Shown one piece after another: positions 27,156 through 36,721 of a stretch of 64,000 bases of DNA (positions within the stretch are counted from its first letter, which is position 1; each line of letters starts with the position of its first letter). The position numbers were made by a program, and so were the translations under genes. Under the pieces are notes generated by a model. It searched no databases and was not told the origin of the DNA. It worked only from the letters and a program-made list of their open reading frames with translations. The stretch comes from a virus (lineage: Duplodnaviria > Caudoviricetes): the IMG/VR virus record IMGVR_UViG_3300032301_000859, positions 1,306 through 65,305 of that record; one strand, written 5' to 3'.

Positions 27156-27335
27156 ATGTTCAACTTTCAAGAAATTGAAAAGACCATCAACTGCCTGCGC
27201 ACTCAAGCAGCACAGTTGGAGGCCACTGCACTCATGCTGGAAGCTAGTATTCAGCCACTCAAACAGTATGAGCAAATGATCAAGCTGGGAGAACAGATTA
27301 CTCAGGCCTGGATGTTGCCATTCAAAACCAAGTGA
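27156..27335 (+). CDS. Small helical hypothetical protein (59 aa, below the ORF-track cutoff)
   Basis: GAAGGA SD; MFNFQEIEK...PFKTK*. Confidence 0.55.
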   Translation: MFNFQEIEKTINCLRTQAAQLEATALMLEASIQPLKQYEQMIKLGEQITQAWMLPFKTK

Positions 27336-27412
27336 TCTGAGTGCAAGTAAATAACAGTCACACAGTATACCCTGATCAACTGTCCGAGGGTAAAACTGAG
27401 TAAATTAAAGGG

Positions 27413-27440
27413 TTGACAACCACAATAATTCGTGTATTAT
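27413..27440 (+). promoter_or_regulatory. sigma70-type promoter, 16-bp spacer
   Basis: TTGACA-16-TATTAT. Confidence 0.7.
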
Positions 27441-27466
27441 GACCATATTAACAAAGAGGAGTGCAC

Positions 27467-27672
27467 ATGCGGGCTGATATGGCCAAGGTGATTGTGGAGC
27501 GTCCACGCAGAAAAGGGTATACTACCCGTGCAGGCAGGTCTTGTGACGTGGATAATCTGCCCAGCACACAGGGTATGCGAACCCATTTGGGCCCTATGTG
27601 ACCACCTACTGTGCCCACAAACGTCAGCTGAACCATGCTGAACTCAAGAAATGTGGAGTCTCCAATGACTAA
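27467..27672 (+). pseudogene. Probable internally deleted gene remnant
   Basis: GAGGAG SD; MRADMAKVIVERPR..GMRTH then stop; a second frame gives ..YCAHKRQLNHAELKKCGVSND*. Confidence 0.45.
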
Positions 27673-28054
27673 ACCTGTGAAAGGCTATGTGGGCTGGTTG
27701 CTGCCTGTTACAGAACGTGTGCGGCTACTGGCGGAATTTCCGCAACAGTTTTCCACACTTGTGGCACATCATTGCACTCTCAAGTTTGGTGTGGATGCAA
27801 GTTATAAGCTACCTGATGAGACAGATGCACAAGTGGTGGGTGAAGCCATTGATCCGTCAGGTGTACAAGCCCTTGTGCTCAGGATTGGTGGCTCAACCAG
27901 CAGGCCTGGTCACGGAATTTATCATATTACTTGGAGTCTGGCACCTGGACGCAAGCCCATGGAAAGCAATCAGGTCATTGAGAAATTTGGTTGGCGGCCA
28001 GCTGGACCAGTCATGGTGTCTCTTGTACCGAAGTTTTTCCCCATGGGCAGTTGA
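27665..28054 (+). CDS. 2H phosphoesterase-fold protein
   Basis: Two HxT motifs: AHHCTLKFG and YHITWSL. Confidence 0.72.
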   Translation: MTKPVKGYVGWLLPVTERVRLLAEFPQQFSTLVAHHCTLKFGVDASYKLPDETDAQVVGEAIDPSGVQALVLRIGGSTSRPGHGIYHITWSLAPGRKPMESNQVIEKFGWRPAGPVMVSLVPKFFPMGS

Positions 28055-28065
28055 TAATATATGTG

Positions 28066-28093
28066 TTGACAGCCAGATTGTTCATGCTATAAT
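28066..28093 (+). promoter_or_regulatory. sigma70-type promoter, 16-bp spacer
   Basis: TTGACA-16-TATAAT with CATGC. Confidence 0.75.
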
Positions 28094-28291
28094 TTGATCA
28101 TGAAAAGGATATACAACAACATGCTTCATACTGTAAAAAGTTTTCTGAGTGTGGGTGCAGGATGTGTGACCGTTGCAGCATTCTCATACCTTATTCATGT
28201 GGATTGGCAGTTAATGCTGGTGGCCCTGTATGATGCCACACATGGTCGTTGCATTCCCACTATTGAGATCCTGTTGGCGGATCGTGCATGA
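28094..28291 (+). CDS. Small hydrophobic hypothetical protein
   Basis: 65 aa with one hydrophobic segment. Confidence 0.45.
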   Translation: MIMKRIYNNMLHTVKSFLSVGAGCVTVAAFSYLIHVDWQLMLVALYDATHGRCIPTIEILLADRA

Positions 28292-28611
28292 CACAGAAAC
28301 TAAACATGGATGATTGGAAACGTCGTCACATTCATGCAGCAGGTGCACAAGGTTGGTGCTTGAGTGAAGTGGGAGTGCCCAGGAGTGGACATTGCCTGGA
28401 ACTTCAATACATTAATGATGCAGTTAGTGTGAGTGAGGAGTGGGGTATATTCATTCCTCAGTTGGCCCATGATCTGGATGCTGTGGAAATCATGCACGCT
28501 TCCTGGCTAGCAGGAGAAGATCATGCCCAGTTGGCGTATCAGCTGCTCAAGATACACAGTCCCAGGGAATTTGAATATTGGCACATGCACATGTGGCTGG
28601 CTGCTGTGTAG
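28288..28611 (+). CDS. Hypothetical protein
   Basis: 107 aa; ATGA overlap. Confidence 0.65.
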   Translation: MTQKLNMDDWKRRHIHAAGAQGWCLSEVGVPRSGHCLELQYINDAVSVSEEWGIFIPQLAHDLDAVEIMHASWLAGEDHAQLAYQLLKIHSPREFEYWHMHMWLAAV

Positions 28612-28658
28612 ACTGATTCGTATGATGGCAGTAGGGTAAGCAAGAGACCAACCTTTGG

Positions 28659-28686
28659 TTGACAACTGAGTATATCATGCTATAAT
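28659..28686 (+). promoter_or_regulatory. sigma70-type promoter, 16-bp spacer (cca)
   Basis: TTGACA-16-TATAAT with CATGC. Confidence 0.75.
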
Positions 28687-28711
28687 CACGAGGTAAGCCC
28701 AGGAGTTAACC

Positions 28712-29884
28712 ATGCAAGATCCAAATTCCATTCTGAATCCAGCACTGTGGTCCCTGCGTGATGCATTTAGGGCTCAAGGATTTGACATAAAATTGGTTGG
28801 GGGTTGTGTGAGAGACCTCATGCTGGGTCTCACACCCAAGGATGTGGACTTGCACACAGATGCAACACCTGACGAGTGTGTGCTCATCTACCAAGCTGAG
28901 GGTGTGCGGTTTGAAGAAACAGGGCTCTCACATGGCACCATTAGTGTGATCTTTGATCATGTGGCTTATGAGATCACCAGTCTGAGGACAGACACAGAAA
29001 CGGATGGCAGGCATGCTGTGGTCTCATATACTCGTGACTGGCATACAGATCTTCTTCGTCGGGATTTTCGATTCAATGCCATGAGCATGAGCTTTGAAGG
29101 TGACATCCTGGACCCTTTTGGGGGTCAGGCAGATCTTGCGGCAGGTGTGGTCAGGTTTGTGGGAGATGCTGAAACCAGGATCAAGGAAGATTACCTGCGC
29201 ATCCTGCGTTGGTTCAGGTTCCGTGGCAGGTTTGGTATGCACATGGATGCCGCTGCAGAGCATGCAGTGCGTACTCATGCTCATGGACTGGAACAAATCA
29301 GTCGTGAACGCATTTGGAGTGAGGTCAGCAAGATACTGTCAGGCGACCATGCAGTGCAGCTCATGAAAGACATTCATGACCTGGGTGTGGACAAACACGT
29401 GGACATGCATCATGCCCTTGAATGCACCAGTGTTTGTGCAGACGATGTTAATCTGGCAGTTCATGAACAAACACGCAATCCTGTCACCATGCTGGTGGCG
29501 GTGTGTGACCACCATGCAAAACAAATTCTTAAAATATGGAAAGCAAGTTCAGCAGAGATCAAACTGGCAGAGTTTTTGTACAGCAATCTGAACAATGATC
29601 CTTTCCGTCTTATGGCTGTAGAGGATGTGAGCAGAGATTGGGCTATAGAACTGTGTGTGCTGAATAATGCATTAAATGATTCACATGTGTCGGATGGTGG
29701 CTTCATGAAGGCAGTGCTGGAGGAATGGGAAGTGCCTGTGTTTCCAGTAACAGGACGTGACTTGATTGAGATGGGCATGATACCTGGGCCACGCATGGGT
29801 CAAATGCTCAAGGACCTCAAGCACAGGTGGGCCAACCAGGAATACCAAATCAGTAAGCAGGATCTGCTACAACTTGTGTTTTAA
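28712..29884 (+). CDS. cca: tRNA nucleotidyltransferase (CCA-adding/poly(A) polymerase family)
   Basis: LVGGCVRD...KDVD, RRDFRFNAM, RIKEDYLRILR..RF, ISRERIW.E, FPVTGRDL. Confidence 0.92.
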   Translation: MQDPNSILNPALWSLRDAFRAQGFDIKLVGGCVRDLMLGLTPKDVDLHTDATPDECVLIYQAEGVRFEETGLSHGTISVIFDHVAYEITSLRTDTETDGRHAVVSYTRDWHTDLLRRDFRFNAMSMSFEGDILDPFGGQADLAAGVVRFVGDAETRIKEDYLRILRWFRFRGRFGMHMDAAAEHAVRTHAHGLEQISRERIWSEVSKILSGDHAVQLMKDIHDLGVDKHVDMHHALECTSVCADDVNLAVHEQTRNPVTMLVAVCDHHAKQILKIWKASSAEIKLAEFLYSNLNNDPFRLMAVEDVSRDWAIELCVLNNALNDSHVSDGGFMKAVLEEWEVPVFPVTGRDLIEMGMIPGPRMGQMLKDLKHRWANQEYQISKQDLLQLVF

Positions 29885-29927
29885 GATTGGACATTAAACT
29901 AATTAATTGTGAAAAGGAGCATATATC

Positions 29928-30104
29928 ATGTTTGGATTTTTTATTGGTTGGGGTGTATTTTGGCTGTTGATTTGGGCAGCCGTCACCTTGGCAGGTTTTG
30001 CGTATCGTAATCAAGACATTTGCAATACAGGTCAATTCATGAGTGCAATCAGCATAATCTATTTGATTGCAGTTATTGTGGGCAAGTTGGCAGCAGGCAT
30101 CTAA
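29928..30104 (+). CDS. Small two-TM membrane protein (58 aa)
   Basis: AAGGAG SD; two hydrophobic segments. Confidence 0.55.
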   Translation: MFGFFIGWGVFWLLIWAAVTLAGFAYRNQDICNTGQFMSAISIIYLIAVIVGKLAAGI

Positions 30105-30105
30105 C

Positions 30106-30333
30106 ATGCCCAGGGATCGTCACATCAACATACATTATGAGTGTGATATGACAGAGTGGGAAGTGAATATCACACATGTGATCACATGGTGCGCACATCA
30201 TGTGCAAGGTGCATGGAACTTGGTTGCAGATAGTGGTGCTAGTGCTGCTAGAGGCACAGGAGAACACAAGTTGATATTTTTGTGTGATGACTTAAGGGAC
30301 ATGACTAAGTTTAAATTGTGCTGGCAACCCTAA
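30106..30333 (+). CDS. Small hypothetical protein
   Basis: WC...W...F......FKL.W pattern. Confidence 0.55.
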   Translation: MPRDRHINIHYECDMTEWEVNITHVITWCAHHVQGAWNLVADSGASAARGTGEHKLIFLCDDLRDMTKFKLCWQP

Positions 30334-30381
30334 CCTATGTGAGCTATGTGTAGTAGTAAATAGGTTAACACCTGTAAACGC

Positions 30382-31419
30382 ATGAGATGTCACATGAGAG
30401 CTTTTCAATTAAAAGAAAACAGTCAGCCACCCGACCTGGATGAAATTCCTTCTTCCTGGACAGGCAAAGTTGCTTTTTTACAACAGCATGTGCCCTTAAC
30501 CAGTGTGTTCAAGGCCAACCACAACACTTGGTATAAGTTAAACAAAGCCTCAGACTATGCATACTACGGTGCAGTTTATACTGGATTACCTGTGCCTGCA
30601 AACTTGCAAACCTCTGAGCATGAAATTTATTTGTTATTGAGTCAGGATCAAACATTCGCCTCAGCGGTGGCTGTCACATCAGGTCACACACTGGTAATGT
30701 ATAGAGCCAAACTGTGGCAATCAAATAAACTATTGTCTGAATTAATGCAACGTATTGGTGTTAAGGACAGTCACATAAGTGAATTGGTGGATCACAGACG
30801 CCTCATGGTGGTAAACGGTGAGGCCATGCCCACCAGTAAAATGTTCCTGCAAAATCAAATTGCCGCATTATCAGATGGCACACCTGTATATGAAATGACT
30901 CCACAAGCTCGCGATGTGCTGGATGTTTGGAATTTTCAAAAAAACTGGCCCAGCGCAGACAAGATCTTATATGTGAGTGGTGCAGATGATTCAGCTGCAT
31001 ACTTCGCAATTAAAAACAACAAGATCATGGGTAAAGGTCCTGCTCACAACAAAAACAAGCTGTTGAAAATTGAGCGTGAATTGATCAAAATACCTGAACT
31101 GCAATTGACTGCATCCATGCCTGTAAAAGTTAAACCAGGTGGTGCATTTCACAAAATGCTCACCTATGTGGCATCCCATCCTGGTGCAAATCGCTCAGAT
31201 GTGTTTAAAGGGGGGTTAGGCAGATCAAGTGCATTTGGTGCAGGTGATATCAATTCTACCTCTTCCCTGGATGGAACAGCCATACAGGCAGGATTACTTA
31301 CTGTATATGATCCTGCTGTATCCAATGGATACTCCTATGAGCTCACTAACATAGGTAAACTGGTACTGGCCAGACTGAATGCTGGCAAGCCTGTGGATGT
31401 CATGGGCATGATTAAATGA
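30382..31419 (+). CDS. Hypothetical protein, possible C-terminal winged helix
   Basis: 345-aa ORF; ML.YV..HPG..RSD....Y.LT..G. Confidence 0.7.
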   Translation: MRCHMRAFQLKENSQPPDLDEIPSSWTGKVAFLQQHVPLTSVFKANHNTWYKLNKASDYAYYGAVYTGLPVPANLQTSEHEIYLLLSQDQTFASAVAVTSGHTLVMYRAKLWQSNKLLSELMQRIGVKDSHISELVDHRRLMVVNGEAMPTSKMFLQNQIAALSDGTPVYEMTPQARDVLDVWNFQKNWPSADKILYVSGADDSAAYFAIKNNKIMGKGPAHNKNKLLKIERELIKIPELQLTASMPVKVKPGGAFHKMLTYVASHPGANRSDVFKGGLGRSSAFGAGDINSTSSLDGTAIQAGLLTVYDPAVSNGYSYELTNIGKLVLARLNAGKPVDVMGMIK

Positions 31420-31507
31420 TCATGCTCACACTGTTGACTTAGTCTTCAGTATCCGCCATACACATACATCGACACTCAAGAATCCACTCAGATCAGGTAT
31501 TCACATA

Positions 31508-32416
31508 ATGTTAAAATTGCCTTACCAGTTGCGCAGAAGTTTCTGCGCTGTGCCTGTTCACACAACAGAACAAATCGTGGTTGCAGGTGCCAGTTTTGAT
31601 GGTGCTACATCGTTTAGGTCTGGTTCCCGAATGGGGCCACATGCTATAAGGGATGCCAGCCTCATGCTTACTGATGGTGTACATGAAAAGTTTCCTGTGG
31701 ATATTACACAAACTGTGGCAGATGTGGGTGACTGGGTAATTGGCACACACAACATGGACATGGTGCTCACTCAGATTGAACACCAACATCAACAGCTTGC
31801 ACTACAGGGCATCCATGTGGTCACTCTGGGCGGAGATCACTCCATCACATTGGGTATCTTGCGTAGCCTGTATAAGATTCATGGTAAGATGGCAGTGTTG
31901 CACTTTGATGCGCATTGTGACACCTGGTCAGATCATTTTGGTGAAACTTATGGCCATGGCACTTGGTTGCGCAATGTGATTCAGGAACAATTGGTGGATC
32001 CCACACAGGTGCTCAGTGTGGGCTTGCGATCCCCTGTGGACTCACAAACCAAAGCGTGGCTTACCCAGCAGGGTGGCCACAATATGAGTGCCAGGACCGC
32101 AGCCAATCTAACACCTGTACAAATGAGCCAATGGATACAGGACAAACTTCATGGTAATATTCCAGTTTATCTGAGTTTGGACATTGATTGTCTGGATCCT
32201 GCTCATGCACCTGGCACAGGTACTCCTGAGATTGGTGGTTTAACCACCATGTGGTTGAGTTCCGTTCTGGATAATGTATTTTCCACACACATGCCCTGGG
32301 TGGGTATGGATATGGTGGAAGTCGCACCTGCTTATGATCATGGTCAGATAACTGCACTAGCAGCAGCCACATTTGTGTGGCAATATTTGAGTATGCTCAG
32401 TTACAAAAATATGTAA
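31508..32416 (+). CDS. speB: Agmatinase (ureohydrolase family)
   Basis: FD.ATSFRSG.R.GP, LGGDHSIT, HFDAHCD, GHGT, SLDIDCLDP.HAPGTGTPE.GG, DMVEVAP.YD. Confidence 0.92.
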   Translation: MLKLPYQLRRSFCAVPVHTTEQIVVAGASFDGATSFRSGSRMGPHAIRDASLMLTDGVHEKFPVDITQTVADVGDWVIGTHNMDMVLTQIEHQHQQLALQGIHVVTLGGDHSITLGILRSLYKIHGKMAVLHFDAHCDTWSDHFGETYGHGTWLRNVIQEQLVDPTQVLSVGLRSPVDSQTKAWLTQQGGHNMSARTAANLTPVQMSQWIQDKLHGNIPVYLSLDIDCLDPAHAPGTGTPEIGGLTTMWLSSVLDNVFSTHMPWVGMDMVEVAPAYDHGQITALAAATFVWQYLSMLSYKNM

Positions 32417-32449
32417 TGAATTCAGTGTGAAAGTATTTGAATATTTTAG

Positions 32450-32477
32450 TTGACATCCTGAACACTCATGCTACAAT
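32450..32477 (+). promoter_or_regulatory. sigma70-type promoter, 16-bp spacer
   Basis: TTGACA-16-TACAAT with CATGC. Confidence 0.72.
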
Positions 32478-32503
32478 GCACTTGTTCAACAGGAGCATAT
32501 GGC

Positions 32504-32788
32504 ATGTCCTACGTGTTGGTAAACAAGCAGTCCCAAGTGCGACACAATCAGCTGCCCAAGTCAGGCAGTAGCTACAAGAGCGAAGCTGCTGCCAAGGCTG
32601 CACTCACTCGCTATCGTGGTGGCCCTATGTCCCTGGGCGATGATTGGTGCATCATGTCCATGGCAGAATATCAAGCACAAGTGCCCATGATGACTGTGAC
32701 CAACTTGATGACTGGCAAGCCCCTCACCATTCCTGCAGACACTCCTTGGGCTTGCAATCCTAGCTCAGAAACCTATTGGAGCATGTGA
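32504..32788 (+). CDS. Hypothetical protein
   Basis: AGGAG SD; C-terminal TPW.CNPS.ETYWSM. Confidence 0.7.
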   Translation: MSYVLVNKQSQVRHNQLPKSGSSYKSEAAAKAALTRYRGGPMSLGDDWCIMSMAEYQAQVPMMTVTNLMTGKPLTIPADTPWACNPSSETYWSM

Positions 32789-32851
32789 AAATATGGTTGA
32801 CAACTTTTGTCTCCATGTTAAACTGCCCATAACAGAAGGGAAACCAAACTC

Positions 32852-34972
32852 GTGAAGATTAATGCGAATGTGGATGTTATTGAGCGTGGTGGGGTCTCAG
32901 AAGGCCGCAGTTTTTCACTTAATTTCAATGAAAAGATCGCCAGGATGCTCAGCAAGGGCATCTATCAGAATGTGATCCGAGCCCCCATTCGCGAGCTGGC
33001 CTGTAATGCACTGGACAGCCATCGTGCTGCTCACAAGCGTGATGTGCCCATCCGTGTGCATCTGCCCAACAACCTGGAGCCCTACTTTGAGGTGCAGGAT
33101 GAAGGTGTGGGCTTGAGTGATGAGGGTATCTACAATCTGTTCACTTGTTATGGTGGTAGTGACAAGGATCACTCCAACGAGGCAATTGGAGGCTTTGGTC
33201 TGGGCAGTAAAGCTCCTTTTGCCTACACCAACACCTTTACAGTCACAAGTGTGCATGAGGGCATCAAGCGTCATTATGTGATGCACAAAGATGAAATGGG
33301 AAAACCGCATGTGACCCCCATGGGTCATGGTGCCACCCCTGAATGCAACGGTGTCACAGTGCAAGTGCCTGTGAAGCCCACAGACTTTGAAGCCTTCCGT
33401 GAAAATGCACAGGAGACTTTCCGTTGGTTTGAACTGGCACCCATAGTGTCAGGCAACAGTCGCTACTCGCTACCCAAGTTGACTTTTGTGTCTGGTTTTG
33501 AGCACTCGCAGTGGAGTCTGTATCAGGCAGATAATGATTATTATAATCGCGGCCAAGCAGTGGTGGTCATGGCAAATGTGGCCTATCCGCTGCGTGCTGA
33601 CAGCCTGAATGATAAGTACAAGCGGCTGAGCAAATATCCCATCATTATCCGTGTACAGAACGGTGAGCTGGAACCAGCTGTGAGCCGTGAAGACCTAAAC
33701 TATGATGAGCAGACAGTACAAGTGCTGGAAACTTATCTGAGTCGAATCATGCTGGATCTCAAACACAGTGTAGAATCTCGTATTTCCACTGCCAGCACCA
33801 TGTGGCAGGCTCGTGTGGAACTGCTGCAACTCAAGAATGGCCGTTCCACATCTGACATACTAACAATGCTGGGTCAAGCAGGTTACACACCCACATGGCA
33901 GTCTCAGCCTGTGCCCAGTAATGGCTATATTGACTGGGGAACCACGTTCAACAAGGAGAATCCACTACCTAGCATCACAATAGTAAGTGAATTTTATCGT
34001 GGTCGCCACACCAAGGATATTCAAGTGGGTGCTAAAACCCAGTTTGTGCTCATGGATTGTTCTGACGCCATTTCCAGATGTCGAGAAGCATTCTATAACA
34101 ATCAGAGTAGCAAACGTGTGTATTTGATTGGGGGTGTGAGCCAAGACACTGTGACTGGACACAAGATCTGGAACGCCACTCATTGTGGTCAAGTTGCACT
34201 CATGTTGCAAGAGATGGGCAATCCTGAAACTATCCTGGCCAGCAGTCTGGACAAGCCTCAAAAAAAGATCATGACCTTCAAGGGCAGAATCTGGGCTGGA
34301 AATGGTAACACTTATTATAAGAGCAATAAGAGTGCAAACTGGAAACAGGAAGAGCAACTCACAACTGCCCAGGGTGGTTACTATGTGACCATGGAGGGAC
34401 TCACACCCAAGAAGGGGGATCTAGAGTTAGATCTGACCACCATGCTGTCATGTGCCAAGGATTTGGGCATCCTGCCTTTGGGTACACGAGTTTGGGGTAT
34501 CAACAAGACCAACACCAAACTGATCGAAAAGAATCCTGCATGGGTGGAAATCCATGCTCACATCACAAAACACACACAACAGTTGATCCAAATGAACAAC
34601 CTGGCACAGGCCATTCATGACAGGGATCAGACCAATGAAGCAAATGGTAGGGTGTGTGGTGGTGCGGAAGAATGGATTAAGGCAGTTGGTCACATGACCA
34701 ATGTTTTGGGTGTGTATGTGCGTGAATGGTCACGCATGGCAAAGAATGTGAACAGTCAGATTGATACCAATGTGCTGCGCAAGCTGTCTCGTGCAGTGGG
34801 TGTTCAGATCGACTTTACCACAGTGGCCAATCCAGTGGACTTGACACCTTTATGGACACAAGTGCTAAACACTTATCCACTAATCAGGTATGCAGTTCGC
34901 ATGTACCCCACTGGTGTGGAATTTCAGATGTTCATGGATTATATAAATCTGGTTGACACATCAAAAAATTAA
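32852..34972 (+). CDS. rIIA: rIIA-like protein (GHKL/HATPase N-terminus)
   Basis: IRELACNALDS, DEG.G, YGGS.K..SN..IGGFGLGSK.PF.Y; followed by an rIIB-like gene. Confidence 0.88.
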   Translation: MKINANVDVIERGGVSEGRSFSLNFNEKIARMLSKGIYQNVIRAPIRELACNALDSHRAAHKRDVPIRVHLPNNLEPYFEVQDEGVGLSDEGIYNLFTCYGGSDKDHSNEAIGGFGLGSKAPFAYTNTFTVTSVHEGIKRHYVMHKDEMGKPHVTPMGHGATPECNGVTVQVPVKPTDFEAFRENAQETFRWFELAPIVSGNSRYSLPKLTFVSGFEHSQWSLYQADNDYYNRGQAVVVMANVAYPLRADSLNDKYKRLSKYPIIIRVQNGELEPAVSREDLNYDEQTVQVLETYLSRIMLDLKHSVESRISTASTMWQARVELLQLKNGRSTSDILTMLGQAGYTPTWQSQPVPSNGYIDWGTTFNKENPLPSITIVSEFYRGRHTKDIQVGAKTQFVLMDCSDAISRCREAFYNNQSSKRVYLIGGVSQDTVTGHKIWNATHCGQVALMLQEMGNPETILASSLDKPQKKIMTFKGRIWAGNGNTYYKSNKSANWKQEEQLTTAQGGYYVTMEGLTPKKGDLELDLTTMLSCAKDLGILPLGTRVWGINKTNTKLIEKNPAWVEIHAHITKHTQQLIQMNNLAQAIHDRDQTNEANGRVCGGAEEWIKAVGHMTNVLGVYVREWSRMAKNVNSQIDTNVLRKLSRAVGVQIDFTTVANPVDLTPLWTQVLNTYPLIRYAVRMYPTGVEFQMFMDYINLVDTSKN

Positions 34973-35014
34973 GTTATATTATAAACACGAGCCAAACACA
35001 GGAGCAATTGGCAA

Positions 35015-36412
35015 ATGACACTACCGTTTATGATGAGCAAGGACGCTATCACTGTCATGGTGAATGGAAAAACAACCACAGTGCGTGAAGGACACATCAA
35101 CTTTTCTGTGCTGCGTGAAGCCATCCGTGCAAAGGATTGGGATGCAATTCCTGATCTGGTAACCCCTGTGCATGTGATTGAGAAGTTTGCAGCGGGTCGT
35201 GTCACAGTCCAAGCTGGTGAAGTCATGTTGGATGGTGCGGCCATTCATAATGCAGTCACTCGCCGCATCCTGGACATGGTGAGCGAGGGGTTCGACGCTG
35301 AGCCACTCATGAAGTTCCTGGAACGGCTCATGTTGAATCCCAGTCGTACTGCTGTGGAAGAACTATACCTTTGGTTGGAAGGCACACGCTTGCCCATCAC
35401 TGAGGATGGTTGCTTCATGGCATATAAAAAGGTTAATTATGACTACATGGATTTTTACACTGGCAAGGTGCTCAACAAGCCAGCCACCATCATGACTGAG
35501 AGTGATCTGGCGTATATTCAGACCCCACAGAGTAACGTGACTGTTACAGTGGAAAACGATGTGACTGTGTTGCAGATGCCACGCAACCAGGTGGACGACA
35601 ATCGTGACCGTACCTGCTCACAGGGCTTGCATTTTTGCAGCTTGAGCTACCTGCCTGCATATCATGGTGGTAAGGGTCGCATCTTGTTGGTCAAGATTGA
35701 TCCAGCTGATGTGGTTAGCATTCCTTCTGACTATGATAATGCCAAGGGCCGTGCCTGGCGCTATCAGATCATGGGCGAGCATGCACAGGGTGAGCAGACT
35801 GAAGCCTACAGTACCTCAGTTGCAAGTGACACAGGGGAAGCACGCACTAGTTCACGTACCACAAATACAGTGTCAGAACTTGATACTTGGGTCATGGGTG
35901 TTAACTTTGGCACTGTGGAGCGTGCTGCTCAGGTACGGTCACTCATGAATGATTGTATGAACCAGAATGGCGATTTTTGTACTCCTGCTCAGGCTCGTGT
36001 GAATGGCTTTGATCATGCTTGGCACAATAAGGAACCAGATCTGACAGACTATACAGGTGGTCACATCCGTGAAGCTGTGGAATATGCACAGGCCTATTTT
36101 GAGGGTTATGATCGTTGCTGTGGTAATGCTCCACAGTTGCAAGTTTATGTGAGTGAACCAGTGACTGCCGCTGATGAATATGAACCAGCAAATGTGGCTC
36201 AGCGAGATGAAATCATGCGTGTACTGAATGCACCCATCACAGGCTATGAAGAGTTGTATGGTGAAGTGAATGGTGAATGCGACGGTGAGGAAGACGGTGG
36301 GTCAGATTCAGACTATCCTGTTCGAAACTTTAATCTGGAATATGCGCTAAATGGTGACATGGACTACCGTGAGGCTTATATCCGGGCATATGTGAGTGCA
36401 TTCAACTCATAA
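35015..36412 (+). CDS. rIIB: rIIB-like protein with acidic C-terminal extension
   Basis: FLERLM.NPS..AV.ELY, ITEDGCF.AYK.V, MPRN.VDD....CS.GLH, KIDPADVVSIP.DY..AKGR. Confidence 0.9.
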   Translation: MTLPFMMSKDAITVMVNGKTTTVREGHINFSVLREAIRAKDWDAIPDLVTPVHVIEKFAAGRVTVQAGEVMLDGAAIHNAVTRRILDMVSEGFDAEPLMKFLERLMLNPSRTAVEELYLWLEGTRLPITEDGCFMAYKKVNYDYMDFYTGKVLNKPATIMTESDLAYIQTPQSNVTVTVENDVTVLQMPRNQVDDNRDRTCSQGLHFCSLSYLPAYHGGKGRILLVKIDPADVVSIPSDYDNAKGRAWRYQIMGEHAQGEQTEAYSTSVASDTGEARTSSRTTNTVSELDTWVMGVNFGTVERAAQVRSLMNDCMNQNGDFCTPAQARVNGFDHAWHNKEPDLTDYTGGHIREAVEYAQAYFEGYDRCCGNAPQLQVYVSEPVTAADEYEPANVAQRDEIMRVLNAPITGYEELYGEVNGECDGEEDGGSDSDYPVRNFNLEYALNGDMDYREAYIRAYVSAFNS

Positions 36413-36432
36413 CTGACCCTGTAGCAAAAACT

Positions 36433-36466
36433 GAACCCCACTGTGGTAACTCACAGTGGGTTTCAT
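36433..36466. terminator. Bidirectional terminator between convergent genes
   Basis: CCCACTGTG-gtaact-CACAGTGGG flanked by A/T runs. Confidence 0.7.
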
Positions 36467-36470
36467 GTGT

Positions 36471-36632
36471 TTACGGCCAGTCCACACCCAGCAGGTTGAT
36501 ACTCAACACTGTGAATTGAGCGCCCACTTTAGCCGCCACTTGTTCCATGAGATTTTGATGCTTGTCTAATGCGAACACCAATACTTGAAGTTTCTGATCA
36601 GGAGTTTTCACACTCACCACAAAGTAGGCCAT
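36471..36632 (-). CDS. Small hypothetical protein (53 aa), paralog of 37809-37997
   Basis: GGAG SD; MAYFVVSVKTPD..LVFA..HQ.L...LSI aligns with MLYYVVNIRLPD..LMFA..HQ.L...LSI. Confidence 0.6.
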   Translation of the reverse strand: MAYFVVSVKTPDQKLQVLVFALDKHQNLMEQVAAKVGAQFTVLSINLLGVDWP

Positions 36633-36721
36633 ACTTGCTCCTGTTCACATCCATGCTAGGTCATGATCATATTTAACCTTTCTAAATTGACAATTATAAT
36701 TGACCTCCCTAATATGTAAGC

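Noticed and set aside
27360-27410. Hammerhead ribozyme
   Set aside because: CTGATCA does not match CUGANGA and there is no GAAA core; only one short stem (TACCCT/AGGGTA)
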